64,000 bases of DNA from Octopus vulgaris (Eukaryota): contig OX597839.1 of assembly GCA_951406725.2 (NCBI GenBank), positions 31,744,001 through 31,808,000 of the forward strand, given 5' to 3'. A program made the translations under genes and the position numbers. A model generated the notes under the pieces. That model searched no databases. It was not told where the DNA came from and saw nothing but the letters and a program-made list of their open reading frames with translations. The stretch's first letter is position 1. Each line of letters starts with the position of its first letter. Of this stretch, positions 13,555-27,098 are shown one piece after another.

Positions 13555-13828
13555 GATCCGACTGGCCTCGTGCTGGTGGCATGTAAAAAGCACCATCCGT
13601 CTGTGGCCGTTTGCCAGCTCCATCTGGCACCTGTGCGGGTGGCACATAAAAAGCACCCACTACACTCATGGAGTGGTTGGCATTAGGAAGGGCATCCAGC
13701 TGTAGAAACACTGCCAGATCAGACTGGCCTGGTGCAGCCTTCTGGCTTCACAGACCCCAGTAGAACTGCCCAACCCATGCTAGCATGGAAAACGGACGCT
13801 AAATGATGATGATGATGATGATGATGAT
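13555..13828 (+). mobile_element. SINE family A
   Basis: Family core and (GAT)n tail. Confidence 0.9.
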
Positions 13829-14457
13829 ATTCACTGACCAACACATACATTAACTCATACACACGCACCCTTACATATGTACATATTCCTGCATCTACAT
13901 ATACCCACACATATACAAACTCTGGTGCTGTGTACTCTTCCTTTCCTTTGTATGTGATTGAAATATTTCCAGCCATCATCCAGCTCCACTTACCTCTACT
14001 CTCAAACCCATTTTCTTTTACCTCTTATAACTCTCTGATGAAATATACAGACTTATCTATCTTCTTTACTACGAGAAACGACCTCTCTCTTAAATGTTTA
14101 AACTTTTTCCATTTCTTCATGAAAAAATACATTAATTTATAAATATTTTTTATTATTCCTTTACTCTCCATTCAAACCAACCAGTTCCAGTTTAGTGTTT
14201 TACATTCTTACTCCTGTTCTCTTCATAATTGTTAAAAAAAACATTTTATTCAATGTTAAATTTAGCTCTGTTAATTTTGCTTTTTTTTTTGTTCACTAAA
14301 TATTTTATCTGTGTCATAAAATTGATTATTAAATTAAACATATTGTGCAACCATTTCCTCTTTATTATGTAATCTAGTAAATAAAATATGATAAAGACCA
14401 TCTTGAATATACAAATATACTCATAGGAATGTGAGTGTATTACTAATGACATGACAG

Positions 14458-14765
14458 TATCACAGTGTCAACTAGACTATCAGATATTGTTAAACATCGC
14501 TGGTCACAATGCACTTCACATTGCTTTAGCTTTCAAATGACACCACCCCACTGGCTAGGTGGGGACATAAAGAACATAGACTTCTAACTTAGACCTAATG
14601 ACTCAAATCTGGAGGAAAGTGTTTAGAATTGATTAGATTGACCCCCTGTCCCCTCAATATTTGATTGGCCTCCCCTTTTTTTATTACCTTTCAGCTCTGG
14701 AAGGATGAAAACTCGAGTTGACCTTGGCAGAATTTTGATCTCAGAACATGAAGTGATGTAACTAA
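14458..14765 (-). mobile_element. Degenerate SINE tail-B fragment (~14458-14560) and family C fragment (~14620-14765)
   Basis: acatcgctggtcacaatgcac..; ggaaggatgaaa..gttgaccttggcagaattt. Confidence 0.6.
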
Positions 14766-15854
14766 GCAAAGGGACATAAAAATGTAAATAGAGATGAGGC
14801 CTATCACTAAGATTCTCTTTTGTAATTGTTTTTACATCGAATTCAAGAAGGAAGAGAAAGAAAAGGAAGACAGAATCAAAGAATGGCCAAGAACTTATTT
14901 TGATGGCCTAATCATGGCATAAGATCTATTCCCCATGTTTATCAAAACCATTTACAGAGATGCAATAAGATTGGGCCATAACAATCAGGTATCACGGAGC
15001 AATGAACATATCTTTAGAACAAAGGGATCGTGGTTAGACATTCTTTCTAGCAACGGAACAATTCTTTAGTTTATCTATTTGTTTTATGTGGTTCCAGCCA
15101 TTAAGGTTTTGACCAGTCTTCAGCAATGTGTGTGTGTGTGTGTGCGTGCGATACAGTGAAAAGAAAGCTAAATGATTATTATTATTATTATGTCCATATA
15201 ACGTAAGAAACCATTTACATAACTAAAATACAAAAACAAAGACAAACATATAACAAAAAGAGGGACATAACAAAGGTGTTGAGACTCAATAGGTTGTGGG
15301 TCAAATTATAATCTATAACGAGAAGAGAATAACGTACTTATTAATGAAAGGCTGTTGTAGATAGCCTGACGTTTCTTATGTGTCAGGAATCATCCTCAGC
15401 TCATAAAACTCATAAAATTTCTGGCTTAGTTCAGAATCCCTTCCTTTGAGCCATTCTATTTTCTTACATGCCCTCCTATTAAGGAAGGGGACAGCAAATA
15501 CCAAATCATTTATTACACCGATTCTTTGAAGTTCGTTAAACTGATGTTCTACAAATATCACTTAATAGAGAAGAAGATGGTTTAAAATGTTCTCTTGCAA
15601 TGAATAATAATGAATTAACTGCTGAAATTTTAATGCAAATGGCCTCAGTCAACAATTTGATAAACAGACTTGTGCCATAATAGCTGTTATACTTGTGTCT
15701 CTCAAATTGGTGATTCTGTTGTTTGATATGACAAACATGGATCTCTGATGAATCCTTCTCAATGTTATCAACGAAACCCTTCTTCCAACCGGTCATTTAA
15801 AGAATTCACTTTTTCTTGCTTATTTGTGTTGCTTTAAATCTCCAATCAGCTTTA

Positions 15855-15891
<37 letters not shown>

Positions 15892-15971
15892 GTTTTAGCT
15901 GTTTAATAATTAAGGATGTAATATACATTTACATCATTTGTAATTTGTGTAATCATAGTTCAATATTTTGA

Positions 15972-16170
15972 TCAGGATTCACAGGTTGCAAGGCCTTCGA
16001 ACGACAGGTGGACATGCGTAGCTGTTGTTAAGTGGCATCCAAGAGTTTGGATGAGACAAGCTGGAAAGCCTCCAGGATGATACGACCAAAAACTTTGGAC
16101 CCAAATACAAGAGAAAAGTATTGTAATAAAGGGAAGAACAGAAGTACATTGAGACAAGCATTGTATAAGA
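15972..16170 (+). mobile_element. RTE-clade LINE ORF2 C-terminal remnant
   Basis: Translates QVARPSNDRWTCVAVVKWHPRVWMRQAGKPPG*, matching the RTE motif GHVAR..D.RW....EW.P...R..GRP. Confidence 0.65.
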
Positions 16171-17099
16171 ACATCTGGTGGCCTGGTTGATACAGTGATT
16201 TAGTTATATCTCTGTACATCTTGAGTTCAAATTCCAGTGTGGTGTTGAGTTAATAATATAAATTGCAATGCCTTGTACTGATGTACAAGATTATTATTAT
16301 GAATTCACAAGTAAAGATTATAGAATTATTTTTTAGAGACAAGAATTTTTATCAGTTAAGACATTGTCAAGGAAATTAGTGAAGTCACTAAAATAGATTT
16401 TTCACAGATCAAACTGAACTCTGACTAATCTTTACTGATCACCACCACAGCCAGACAACTTAAAAGGTCAAAGCAAAAGTAAGCAAACCATTAACGTCTT
16501 AAGTATTTCTCCATGTCATAATTAATACCAGAAATTAGTAACAGTGTGCTTGTTTAAATTAGTTTCAAGTAATTCTATTTTTTGTTCAATGTGTTTTATT
16601 TGATGTAAGAATATCACCTTCTTTAATGGCCTCAAAGAAAACATCAATGAGAAGTTGATAAAATATTTTTTGCTACCTCGGGTTACTGGTGGAACTTATC
16701 TTTCATATTTCTATACAAATTGAATTAGATGTAATTACTTTAAAGGCAATATTTAACTTATCACTTCTCCATCTTAATTGGTTAGAAGCTTGTCTTTTAC
16801 TTTAATCTATTAAAACAAAAGCTAAGCAGTCGTTGCTAGGAATCTTCCTTAATTTAATTCTTAAAATTTCCAAGTTGAAAAATGAAATATTCATTTTTTT
16901 AAGTAGAAATTAATGTTTTGGTTTAATAAATTATGTACAATCATTAGTCATACAGAACTAAATCAATAAACTTGTGTTGTAGTTTCATGGGTGACATACA
17001 CACTCTGTAATATCTGGATGAGAAAAAAAAAACAGTGTTGTTTTCCTACAAATACCTGCTACTCCTCACCTCCAAATCCAGAATACTTCTCGCTTCCTC

Positions 17100-17133
<34 letters not shown>

Positions 17134-17544
17134 GGCTTTTCTTTCTCACTTGCCTATAATGCCTCCTATCATGACTGTAACCACCTGGTCTGGAAACAAT
17201 GTGTTGGATTAATCAAACTCAAAATACAAATTAATCCACCACAGTATTCAAAGCAATTGTAGTTAAACATCATTATGCTCCTGAGTTGGTCCATATCTTA
17301 AATGCCAAGCATTTCAAAGGTAATCAGAAGTATTATGAGCAATCACCTGCTGGACCGTATCGATTCTGTCCATCTTCCCACTAATAACAAAATGGTTTCT
17401 GCAAACGTGGACTCACTCGGGGTTTTATTTCTAACAAAACTCACTCATGTTTATAGGATTTCCTTGTTACCCACCAACTTTACTTCAAATCAAGCTGAGT
17501 TTTTTTAAATGGCATTGCCACCTTGCAATACGTGCAAAATCAAA

Positions 17545-17953
17545 TACTCTTTTACTCTTTTACTCTTTTACTCTTTTACTCTTTTACTTGTTTCAGTCAT
17601 TTGACTGTGGCCATGCTGGAGCACCGCCTTTAGTCGAGCAAATCGACCCCGGGACTTATTCTTTGTAAGCCCAGTACTTATTCTATCGGTCTCTTTTGCT
17701 GAACCGCTAAGTGACGGGGACATAAACACACCTGCATCGGTTGTCAAGCAATGCTAGGGGGACAAACACACACACATATATATATACATATATACGACAG
17801 GCTTCTTTCAGTTTCCGTCTACCAAATCCATTCACAAGGCATTGGTCAGCCCGGGGCTATAGCAGAAGACACTTGCCCAATGTGCCAGGCAGTGGGACTG
17901 AACCCGGAACCATGTGGTTGGTTAGCAAGCTACTTACCACATAGCCACTCCTG
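17545..17953 (-). mobile_element. SINE family B with expanded (AGTAAAAG)n tail
   Basis: Reverse complement of 9398-9815; about five copies of cttttact at 17548-17588. Confidence 0.9.
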
Positions 17954-18010
17954 TCCACAATATATTTAAAAATCTTCTCCAAACAAGATCTTCATGGTAG
18001 TACATGTACA

Positions 18011-18041
<31 letters not shown>

Positions 18042-19349
18042 GTATGTGTGTGTGTAAGAGAGAGAGAGAAAGAAAGAGACAGACAAACAGAGAAAGAATG
18101 CATGTATGTGGTTGCTGAGATAATTTATTTCTGACCATAAACTGGCCCAGCTACAGCAACTATTTTTGCAGCTATCCAAGATACTATGCTGCATGCTTCA
18201 AGCTTTCGAGGTTAAAATGAGTTGCATTCTAACTTCATGAAATATTTGGTTTTAGCAAAGGAATCCGACTATAAACCAATTTTCTCCAAGCATCCAATCA
18301 CATCACAGAGAATAGATTTGAAAACATGGAATACGAAAGAAACAGGAAAAAAAATTTTTGAAAGTTAAGTAAAAAAAAAATTCCCCCAAAGTATTTTTTT
18401 TTCCCCTTATTCATAATCAAGAAACAGTTTGTTATATATACGTACATCAAATTTAAAGATAATATCTGAAGCGTTATACAAGAGTATACATAGTTTTTAG
18501 ACAATAAGTATTGAAAATTAATGTCATAAAAGCCAGAGGATTTTTTTCTCCTTTTGTTTTCTTTATCAAAAACCTGTTGCAAGCAATTATGAAGCATAAT
18601 GGGATGAACAAGAAACATTACAAAGGCATTATCTTTGCCAATTGTTTGAAATTTATGAGAACAAGTGATAAATAACCGAATCAGAAATTCACAGATGTAT
18701 TTTTCTAAGATTTTAGCTTGTTTGACAAGATTGCTTTAGTGATATACAACAGAAATTATATTCCGACAAACAATCCTATATTCATAGTTAAATCAATGTT
18801 CTTTAAGCTAGTTTCAACATAAATTCACAAGTCATAGCATAATTTGAAGACTTGAAATAGCAATAATTTTAAATGTTAAATAACATTACTACTACTAATA
18901 CCACCACTACTACTATTTTTTTTTTATACAATTTTATTTGATTTTGTAAGTGAACAATCTGGTGTGGTTATTTTAATGGCCTATCAATGTATACAGTGAA
19001 TTTCATTGCCCTAGGTGTCAGGAAGACACTTGATCATAAATGGAAACAAAATTGAAGGATGCAGAAAAACTAATAATAATATTAATAATGATAATGTACT
19101 TTGTTGATGGAACTTTTCTTAAACGGTTTCTGTCAGCTAAAAACTCTGAAAATAATTAACGACGTAAATGAATGGGAATTTTTGACAATTTGTTCTACTG
19201 TTTTCATTGTCTGTTGTTTTGTTTTCATAGCAGTTTTCTTTTTTTATATTAGTATTGTTAGAAGAGATGCGAATATTGCTGGGTGATTAACAAGTTCCCA
19301 TTAAAACTAAATGATGTGGGGGTCCAAAAATCGTTCGGCCAGCATACTG

Positions 19350-19770
19350 CATAATGTGTTTTACTGTGTGGTATTTTGGGCAAGTGCTTTCCACTGTAGC
19401 CTTGGGTTGAGAGAGAAATTCGGTACACCCACCATGTGTGTGCATCTGTGAATGTGTGTGTGTGTTGAGTTACATCCCTCCACATCCAAAAGCAATCTAA
19501 TAATTTAAGAAATGAGATTGGAGAAATAAATTTCAGGACAAAGTAAATATTAGTTTCAAATTTTGGCGCAAAACCAGCAAGTTCTGGGAAGAGTGTAAAT
19601 GAATTTTATCGGCCCCGGTCTTAAACTGGTAGTTATTTTGCTGACACCCAAAAGGACGAAAGGCAAAATCAACCTCAACGAAATTTGAATTCAGAATGTG
19701 AAGATGGATGAAATTCTGCCAAGCATTTTCCTCAACATAATAACAATTCTACCAATTTTCTGCCTTAAGG
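19350..19770. mobile_element. Degenerate family B piece (+, ~19350-19530) and family C copy (-, ~19555-19770)
   Basis: ttttgggcaagtgctttccactgtagcc; gaaaggcaaaatcaacctcaacgaaatttgaa. Confidence 0.6.
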
Positions 19771-20965
19771 ATGTACCGAATATTAGCATCAATAGGACTG
19801 ACTACTTTAAGAAATATAAATAATAAAACTGAAGGTGCCCAAGGAAGGCAACAGTTCAATGACTCAATTTAGATAAAAAAAATTTTAATTTTTAACTAAA
19901 TGAAATATATGATTAGTATTAAAGAGTTTGAGAATTCTTGATTGTAAAGCATCTCTGAGAAGACAAAAAGTCACTAACAGTAATATGAGAAGAGAATTGT
20001 GGCACAGGTGTTGACAGGAAACCCAAGGAACAGAGAACAGAATAGTAGAGGTGTGCTGTATGGAGAGAGTGGGGGCTATGGCTAATCAATTCTGATCTTT
20101 ATGGTTGAAAGAAAATAATTGCTCATTCATATTAATCATAAGACAATAAGAGAATAAAGCGAGGCTCCAAATGCATAGAGAGTTACTTTATTGTAGATAC
20201 ACCTCTAGCATATGATAATTTTAAGATAATAATATTAATAATATCGACGAAGATGAAGATTTGTGATGGAAATATATTTCTAACTGGAAGCATAAAGTGG
20301 AAGAACAAGAAAATATTAAATTATTATTTTTTTAAATGTTACAAAAACGAAAATTAAATCTATTTTATTTGAGTTTTGTTTCCCAATTATTGACTTTTAT
20401 TTGATGTATTGATGTAACTTTTGTAGAGACAGAAAGAGAGAGAAGGAGTGGGGAGAGAAATAACTCTGACTTTTGGGATTTAATGAACAAGGTCAAGTTA
20501 GAAGGGTCTTTTTTTTTTAATGTAATGACATTCTTATATTGCAATATTTTATTGAATAAGAAAATTAACATAATTTCTAAAATATTATTTTCTTTTAATT
20601 TTATTCAAAAATTATTTTCCAGTTTCCTGATAATGGGCATGGGCAAGGCTGTGTTTAAGAAGTTTGCTTCCCAACCATGGGGCTATCCTTTAGTTATTAT
20701 TGTTGTTGATTTGCCCTTGCTGCTACCTCATATAGAAACAGTAACAGTGTTGCTGTTATCGTTCTTGTTTTTATTGTTACTTCATTTGTTTACTGCTCTT
20801 GTTGTTGTTATTTTTGTCTTTGGCTACAACTTTGTATCTCAATTTGCTTTTGTCTACATTTTGTCCACCAACTTTCAGATTTTTGTCTCCCTATTATAGC
20901 TTCTCACCACTGTCCATCAGTCTCACACTCCCCTCATTCATTTCAGCTATCTTACCCCTCTCCCC

Positions 20966-21000
<35 letters not shown>

Positions 21001-21277
21001 TTTACTGTTTTGCTAAGGTAAGATCAACAGTACTCTATCCAGTGAGAGAAAATATTTAATGTACATTGTATTAAAATAAGGGCTACTAATAGTTTCATAT
21101 CTTTGACACACATGGGTAATCTGTTTAACCATGTGTATCTTGTATCTCCAAGCAAGGAGAGACAAGGTTTGTTATAAAACCCTGCCTAGCCACATGTCTT
21201 CTTAGCAAGAAACTATTAGTAGCACATTCTTTAATACAGTGCACATTAAATTACATACATACATATTTATATATATA

Positions 21278-21587
21278 TCACGTGACCGTGATCACGTGAC
21301 CGACCAGACCATCAGACGTTGCTACACATCGCTGGTCACAATGCGTTCGCATTGTTTTAGCCTTCGAACGACGCCACCCTGCTGGCTAAGTGAGCAGGTC
21401 ATCAGAAGAAAGAGTGGGAGAAAGAGTGGAGAAAGAGTACAGCAGGGATCACCCCTGCCGGAGCCTTGTGGAGCTTTTTTTAGGCGTTTTCGCTCAATAA
21501 ACACACACAACGCCCGGTCTGGGAATCGAAACCGCAATCCTCTGACCGCAAGTCCGCTGCCCTAACCACTGGGCCATTGCGCCTCCA
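21278..21587 (-). mobile_element. SINE family D head + tail B, inserted in TA-rich sequence
   Basis: Head matches 8300-8425 but the tail differs (gtgaccagcgatgtgtagcaac..ggtcggtcacgtg). Confidence 0.9.
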
Positions 21588-21763
21588 CTATATATATTTT
21601 GGGTCCAAAATCTTGTAGGCTGCTTTCCAAACCTCCTCTTTGAGTATAAACTACTAAATGCTGATACATAGTGAGACTTCTTTGCTCGCTGAATATACCA
21701 GTGGAAATCCACACAGATGAATTAACCTCTTCAATCCCTCTTCTTGTGTTAATATTATATACA

Positions 21764-21823
<60 letters not shown>

Positions 21824-21830
<7 letters not shown>

Positions 21831-22035
21831 TTAGAGATAAAACCACTATTAGGCAAATCAAACAATGAAAAACTTAAGCCAATACATAAAATTAATTAAT
21901 TTATATTATTTTAAATATATATCAAAAGTATTAAAAGTTTAATAAAAGATAATGAGTAAAACACTACGATTGTTTCATGGCTGTCCAATTCGTAATAATT
22001 CGAGTTATGGTTACAGTCAATCTTCAGGTAATTGA
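21824..22035 (-). mobile_element. Putative Penelope-like terminal repeat fragment abutting (TA)n, with a hammerhead-like motif
   Basis: Shared sequence with 52740-52830 and 62295-62620; minus strand CTGAAGA..GAAACAATCGTA. The PLE assignment is inference. Confidence 0.45.
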
Positions 22036-22050
22036 AATATTTATCTTATA

Positions 22051-22275
22051 TGTGTGGTGGTTGTCTACTCCTTATACAGAGTTTGACCACCTTCTGTACC
22101 TACACCTTAGAACTATCATGGCATCTGATGTAGCTTTTTAAACCAGACAATGTTTTGAAAAGACACCCACTGAGATTGCATATCCAATTTGGACCACCAA
22201 GAGCTGCAGATAAATTCTGATTTTTGTGGATCTTCAAATGTCTTTTGAGGTCTCCATTATTATACACACACAGAG
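22051..22275 (-). mobile_element. Probable RTE-like LINE 3' end (degenerate C2H2-like zinc fingers + short 3' UTR)
   Basis: ..NGDLKRHLKIH..WICNLSGCLFKTLSGLKSYIRCHDSSKV*; GL.SH.R.H-type finger just before the stop is typical of RTE ORF2 ends. Confidence 0.5.
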
Positions 22276-22585
22276 AGTAGGAGTGGAAATGAGCGGATAA
22301 TAGAAATTTCAAGAAAATAGAAAATTTCCCAAGAGAAAAGCAATGTAAATTCTTTAACTTCTTTTGTATGAAGAAGTGCAATGTACTGTTGGTCATATAA
22401 AACATCAAAATGGAAAGAAAAAAAAACAAAGTTTTGCAACAAATATTATTGATCGAAAGAAATGAAACTTGAGAAAGAAACAGTGCAGATGGTTAATTAA
22501 AATGAAATGCTCTAATCTCAACTGACCTCGTAAAAATTATGAAATTTCCTATTTGAATTTCGGCCAAATCAGAAGAAATATCAAA

Positions 22586-22615
22586 GACTCACCTGAAAGG
22601 GAAAAAAAATTAGTT
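22586..22615 (-). other. Candidate recursive splice site (ratchet point), junction 22593/22592
   Basis: Minus strand reads actaattttttttccctttcag|gtgagt: branch-like CTAAT, pyrimidine tract and CAG directly fused to GTGAGT. Confidence 0.5.
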
Positions 22616-23096
22616 AACTTATATTGTTTTGAAGATCAATCAAAGAAACAAAGTAGAACTTTAGGATGAAGAGGTGGGGTGGGAAACAAGAAAGAAAATA
22701 AACCAAAAAGGAATTTTTAGTGAAGTTATTTTTTTTCCATGGCAGAAAATTTTATCAAATTATTTATCAAAAGAATCTTTGTGCACTAAAGATGATACAA
22801 GTGTCCTTGGAAATGTGTAGAGCAAATACATTGACAAGTTTAGCATGGAAGCATTCATTTCTGTTAGCCACAGATATTGTTATCTCAGAGAGAGAGAGAT
22901 GAAATTATTGAGGAATCACTAGAAAAAGAAATCAATCAATAAAGGAATGATATATATTGAATCTTCCACATGAGATTATGGCAAGGAAAGAAATTTGGGA
23001 AATAAAAAGATATCAGAAATTTAATACTTTGATAATTACAACTTTTAGATATAAGGCATGCAAAAAGAACCTTGCATTTTTTAAAAAATGTGTGTG

Positions 23097-23138
<42 letters not shown>

Positions 23139-25246
23139 TTAATACATGTAGCCCACTTGATATAAAGACATTTATTAATAAAGAAAATAATGTAATGTTG
23201 CATTTTTCTTTAGCCATGATCTTTGAACTTGATTAATTTGGAAGAATATTAAATGCATTCATGAAAAACTTTGAAGAAAGGATTGTGCAACATTTGGTTC
23301 TTCACTGATTCGGTTCCTCTGCTCACATTCACCAATGTGGTTCCTTGAAATCAGATATTATTGCTGAAGTTTGAGCTTACCTGAGACGCAGTTAGTTAAG
23401 CTATGTATCTTTATCAAAATGATATTCATTAAAAAGCAAAGAATATATAAATATAAATAACATCAATATATTTCTGAATGTGTAAAATGTATTGAACAAT
23501 TAGGAAAAGGCAGTAATTAATGTTAAAAAAGAGAATGAAATCTTCTACACTAGGACAATAGCCAAACAGGTGAGATGAAGATTTTTTCTTAAAATATCTT
23601 TAAAATATGAAAAAAAGAAAGAAGAAAGGAAGTTTAAGCAATGATAAGAAAAAAGAATGCATAAAATTTGCATATTAATTTAATTAGATTAAATTCCTAG
23701 GCAAATATATTTCAAAGCAAAAATTTGAAAAGAAAAATATGAATAGCTAATCAATTGAAATTAGTTTTAAGCCAGAGCCTGTAAAGGCCCACAGATTGCA
23801 GAGTGTTGTGATTGTTAGCGATATTGATTTCATACATAAGCAACCAGGCTTCAGACATTCGATGAAAGGAGGAGGGTGGATTCTATAACATTTCTTGTCT
23901 GTTTTAAGGGGACAAGCAACTTAAATGATGTGAAATGGCTCCAACCAGGAATTGAAAGATGGGAGCTTAGCTTTTCAGTGCTTGACAATATTTATACAAT
24001 TTTTCTGAAAACTGTTTTATTAGCTAGATATTGCAGAAAGTTTGTCTGAATGGACAATGCTGGAAGATGGCGCTGAGAAAAATGAAAGAAAGAAAGAAAG
24101 AAATGCAGAAAGAAGTAAAGAAAAAGTGAAGAAAACTACTGTTCTTTGGTGTGAGAAGAAAAAAGATGTGACTAGTTTGAAAGTGAGCTATACAAGACGT
24201 TTGCTGGTGAAATAGAGGAAGAAGCAAGCTGTAAAAAGCAGCAGATAAAATAATAATTTTAATAAGAAAAGACCTGGGGGCAATGATGGCTGAAAAAGTA
24301 CTTTAGATATTAGCCACAAAGAATAAAGGTACTGAGTTTTTTTTACAGACTATTTTTGAAGTTTGCTATTTTCAATGAATATATAATTTCTTTCTTCAAA
24401 CTTAAAAATAATATTATAAAATGGTATGGATTCATAGACCTTTTGGTGTCTTACAGTAAATACATGCTACACCTAAACAACTGTCTTTGAGCAGAATATT
24501 ACATTTCGGCGGTGCTTTACAAATATCAAATAGTGGTAGAAATATTAGCTACAAATTTAAGTTGACTCCTTTCACCACTTGCAGCTCTAATGTTCCACTG
24601 CCATGGATTTCACAAACATCCTCAAAGCAATTAATGTCAGTCACAGTGATTCATCTCTGCTTTGTAGATTCCCTGCTCACGTATTGCAGGTGCAATGTTT
24701 CGTAGCAGTTAAAATAAAAATTACCCCAGTCTGTTTATTTGATATCCTCTTAAAGCAAACTTCACACTCGCAGCTTTCTTTAGAAATACTTCATTAAGCA
24801 ATTCCAGCTTCGCAATTTTTTTTAAAATTTCAAATTACATTATCTCACTATCCTGTCAATTAATGATTGGTAAGTGAGAAAAAGTGTTACTGAACACTGG
24901 TTAAAGGGGCCTTGAACAATAAAAAGCCAGCTCAACTTTCTTCACTAAACAGTTGATATCTTAGAGAAGAAAGATTGTTTCCAATTCCAGCCTCATTTTG
25001 TTAAATTTACATACAATTTCTGTTATTTGAAATATTCAGTTTAAAACACTGCAATGGAAGTTAAGATTCAGAGGGGCTGGTGGCAGATGCAATCATAAAA
25101 GATTGATTATAATTAGCTTAATTTATTTTTATTCCTAAACTTGCAGCTATCGCATTTCAAATATTCCAAAAAGCTTTTAATCAATTCAACAGGGTGAAAA
25201 CTGTTAATTCTTCAACAAGTTCTAATTCTAGTTTCATTTATCTTAC

Positions 25247-25288
25247 CTGAAGCTTTCTCTGCCCACCCCCCTATTTTTAATGTTTTGG
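25247..25288 (-). other. Candidate 42-nt cassette exon
   Basis: tttcaaatttattctcag|CCAAAAC...GCTTCAG|gtaaga; symmetric; open in phase 2 (QNIKNRGVGRESF) and phase 1 (KTLKIGGWAEKAS). Confidence 0.3.
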
Positions 25289-27055
25289 CTGAGAATAAAT
25301 TTGAAACTAATGTAAATACATTTGTGAAGTGAACATTACTACAAGTGTCCAGCAGCAGCAGCAGCAGCAGCAGTAAACGGGTTCGTGGTGGTGTTTTGTT
25401 GTTTCATCTTGAAGCTTGTTAATGTATTAATTGAAAAGAAAATGGCCATCTAATAAAAATGTAAATAAATCACACATGCTGTTCTTGCAGATTGGTAAGA
25501 AAATATAGATGTAAAATGCTTACTGTGGCCAAAAGATGAATGCAAATGAAAAGAACAACAATTAAATGGAATTAATACAAGATTTCCAAATACGTGATTA
25601 AAATACTTTCAATATGTAGAACAGATAAGATATTTTTGATGCTGATTACTATTCAGAATAAAGAAGAGAAAGAGGTAAAGTTAGGAATATAAGAGTTCTT
25701 CAGGAAACAGACAAAGATAAGGATCCATTATTTGGAATAAAATTCTTTATTTTCCCTTTTTTTTTTTTTTTGTTTCATTTTGTTTGTGGTAGGAAACGTT
25801 TGTTTGAAAATTTTCCAATAAAATCTCAAATACAATTTGTTTTCCACTGGAGAAGAAGAAGAAAGAAAAGAAGAAAAAGAAGAAAGAAAATGCACACACA
25901 ACCAATTTTTCAAACACTAACAATGCGATTGGTGGTTCCTTCAACATTTTATTAGTTTTGTCTACAATCAAAACTTCTTAGCTTTTAGATTCCTCTTGAT
26001 TTTTACATATCAACACAAAACACTCTCTGCAAATTCAAAATATTCCAAAACCAAAATATTCCAATCTGCAATTTTTGTTTTATGTTTCTTTTAACACTTT
26101 TCTTTTATGTCTTCCTTTCATGGACTGCATTTCCCTCTCTTTTAAAGAAACGGTTTTAAAGTACAACATTAATGATAATACATTCAACAGCAACAACAGC
26201 TCTCAGTTCAAACAGAGCTTTTCCTGTTATTCAAAACTTAACAGATTAAAATTCTCAATGAACTTTTCATCATATGCATGCATGCGCACGTGCACACACA
26301 CACACAAACACACACACACACACATTATTAGTAGCTGAAGTTTCTTGCCTTGTAACTCTGAGTTACTCATTTCCAACTGTTCAAATGCTTGAGTGAACAA
26401 TCAAATACGTTAACTCAAGAGTTATGCAATGGAAAACTAACACTTACAATCCCATAAGATACACTTAATTAAATATTCACACTCTAATTTAATTAGAAGT
26501 ACTTTTACTTTGTATGTAAACACAAACATCATCCAATCGATATGCATGCACATAATTGATGTCTATAAACTCAACTACCGTGAGTCTGTTACTGCTTCAA
26601 TGTTAACCCTTTGTCTGTCCTAAACAACCTCGCTTGCCTTCAGACATTTTAGTCAGCCCTAGTTTCAAACGTTCTGAGTAATATAAAGCTTTCCTTTCCT
26701 AAGTCCCAAGCTACTCTGGTGGCTGAAAAAAAAAATGGGAAGGTGTATCAATCACATGGGATACACAGGACAGGCAAAATGGTTAAGCAGAAAGTATGGC
26801 AATTTTTATATAATGTTTCACCGGTCTGAGTTTGAACCCAGCTAAACTTGACTGCTGTCTTTCATGGTGGTGGTGGTGGTGGTGGTGAGTCAACACAAAT
26901 AACTGCCTGTAAGAAATTACTAGGAGCTAACTAAGTTCTTTCTGCACCTTCTGATACAAAAAAATTGATTTTGTGTCCGGTGAAATGAAATCAATATCTA
27001 CATTGAAGTGACTAATGATTGTGTAATTACATTTGTATCATACTAAATAAATACA

Positions 27056-27098
<43 letters not shown>

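Noticed and set aside
13994-14034. Minus-strand exon ending AG|GTAAGT
   Set aside because: 41 nt with stops in all frames
15376-15796. Two overlapping protein-like ORFs on the minus strand
   Set aside because: No recognisable motif or splice boundaries; may be an old TE remnant but cannot be assigned
22100-22429. Host C2H2 zinc-finger gene (a family expanded in octopus)
   Set aside because: Only two degenerate fingers, no TGEKP linkers, an AT-rich non-coding-like N-terminal part, and a stop right after the finger; better explained as a LINE 3' end
23375-23410. Minus-strand tgcgtctcag|gtaagc as a ratchet point or micro-exon
   Set aside because: No real pyrimidine tract, ACTAAC too close to the AG, and alternative exon lengths (20 or 28 nt) are not 3n with weak acceptors
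25478-25500. Plus-strand ttcttgcag|ATTG|gtaaga 4-nt micro-exon
   Set aside because: Short pyrimidine tract, opposite strand to the other signals, plausible by chance
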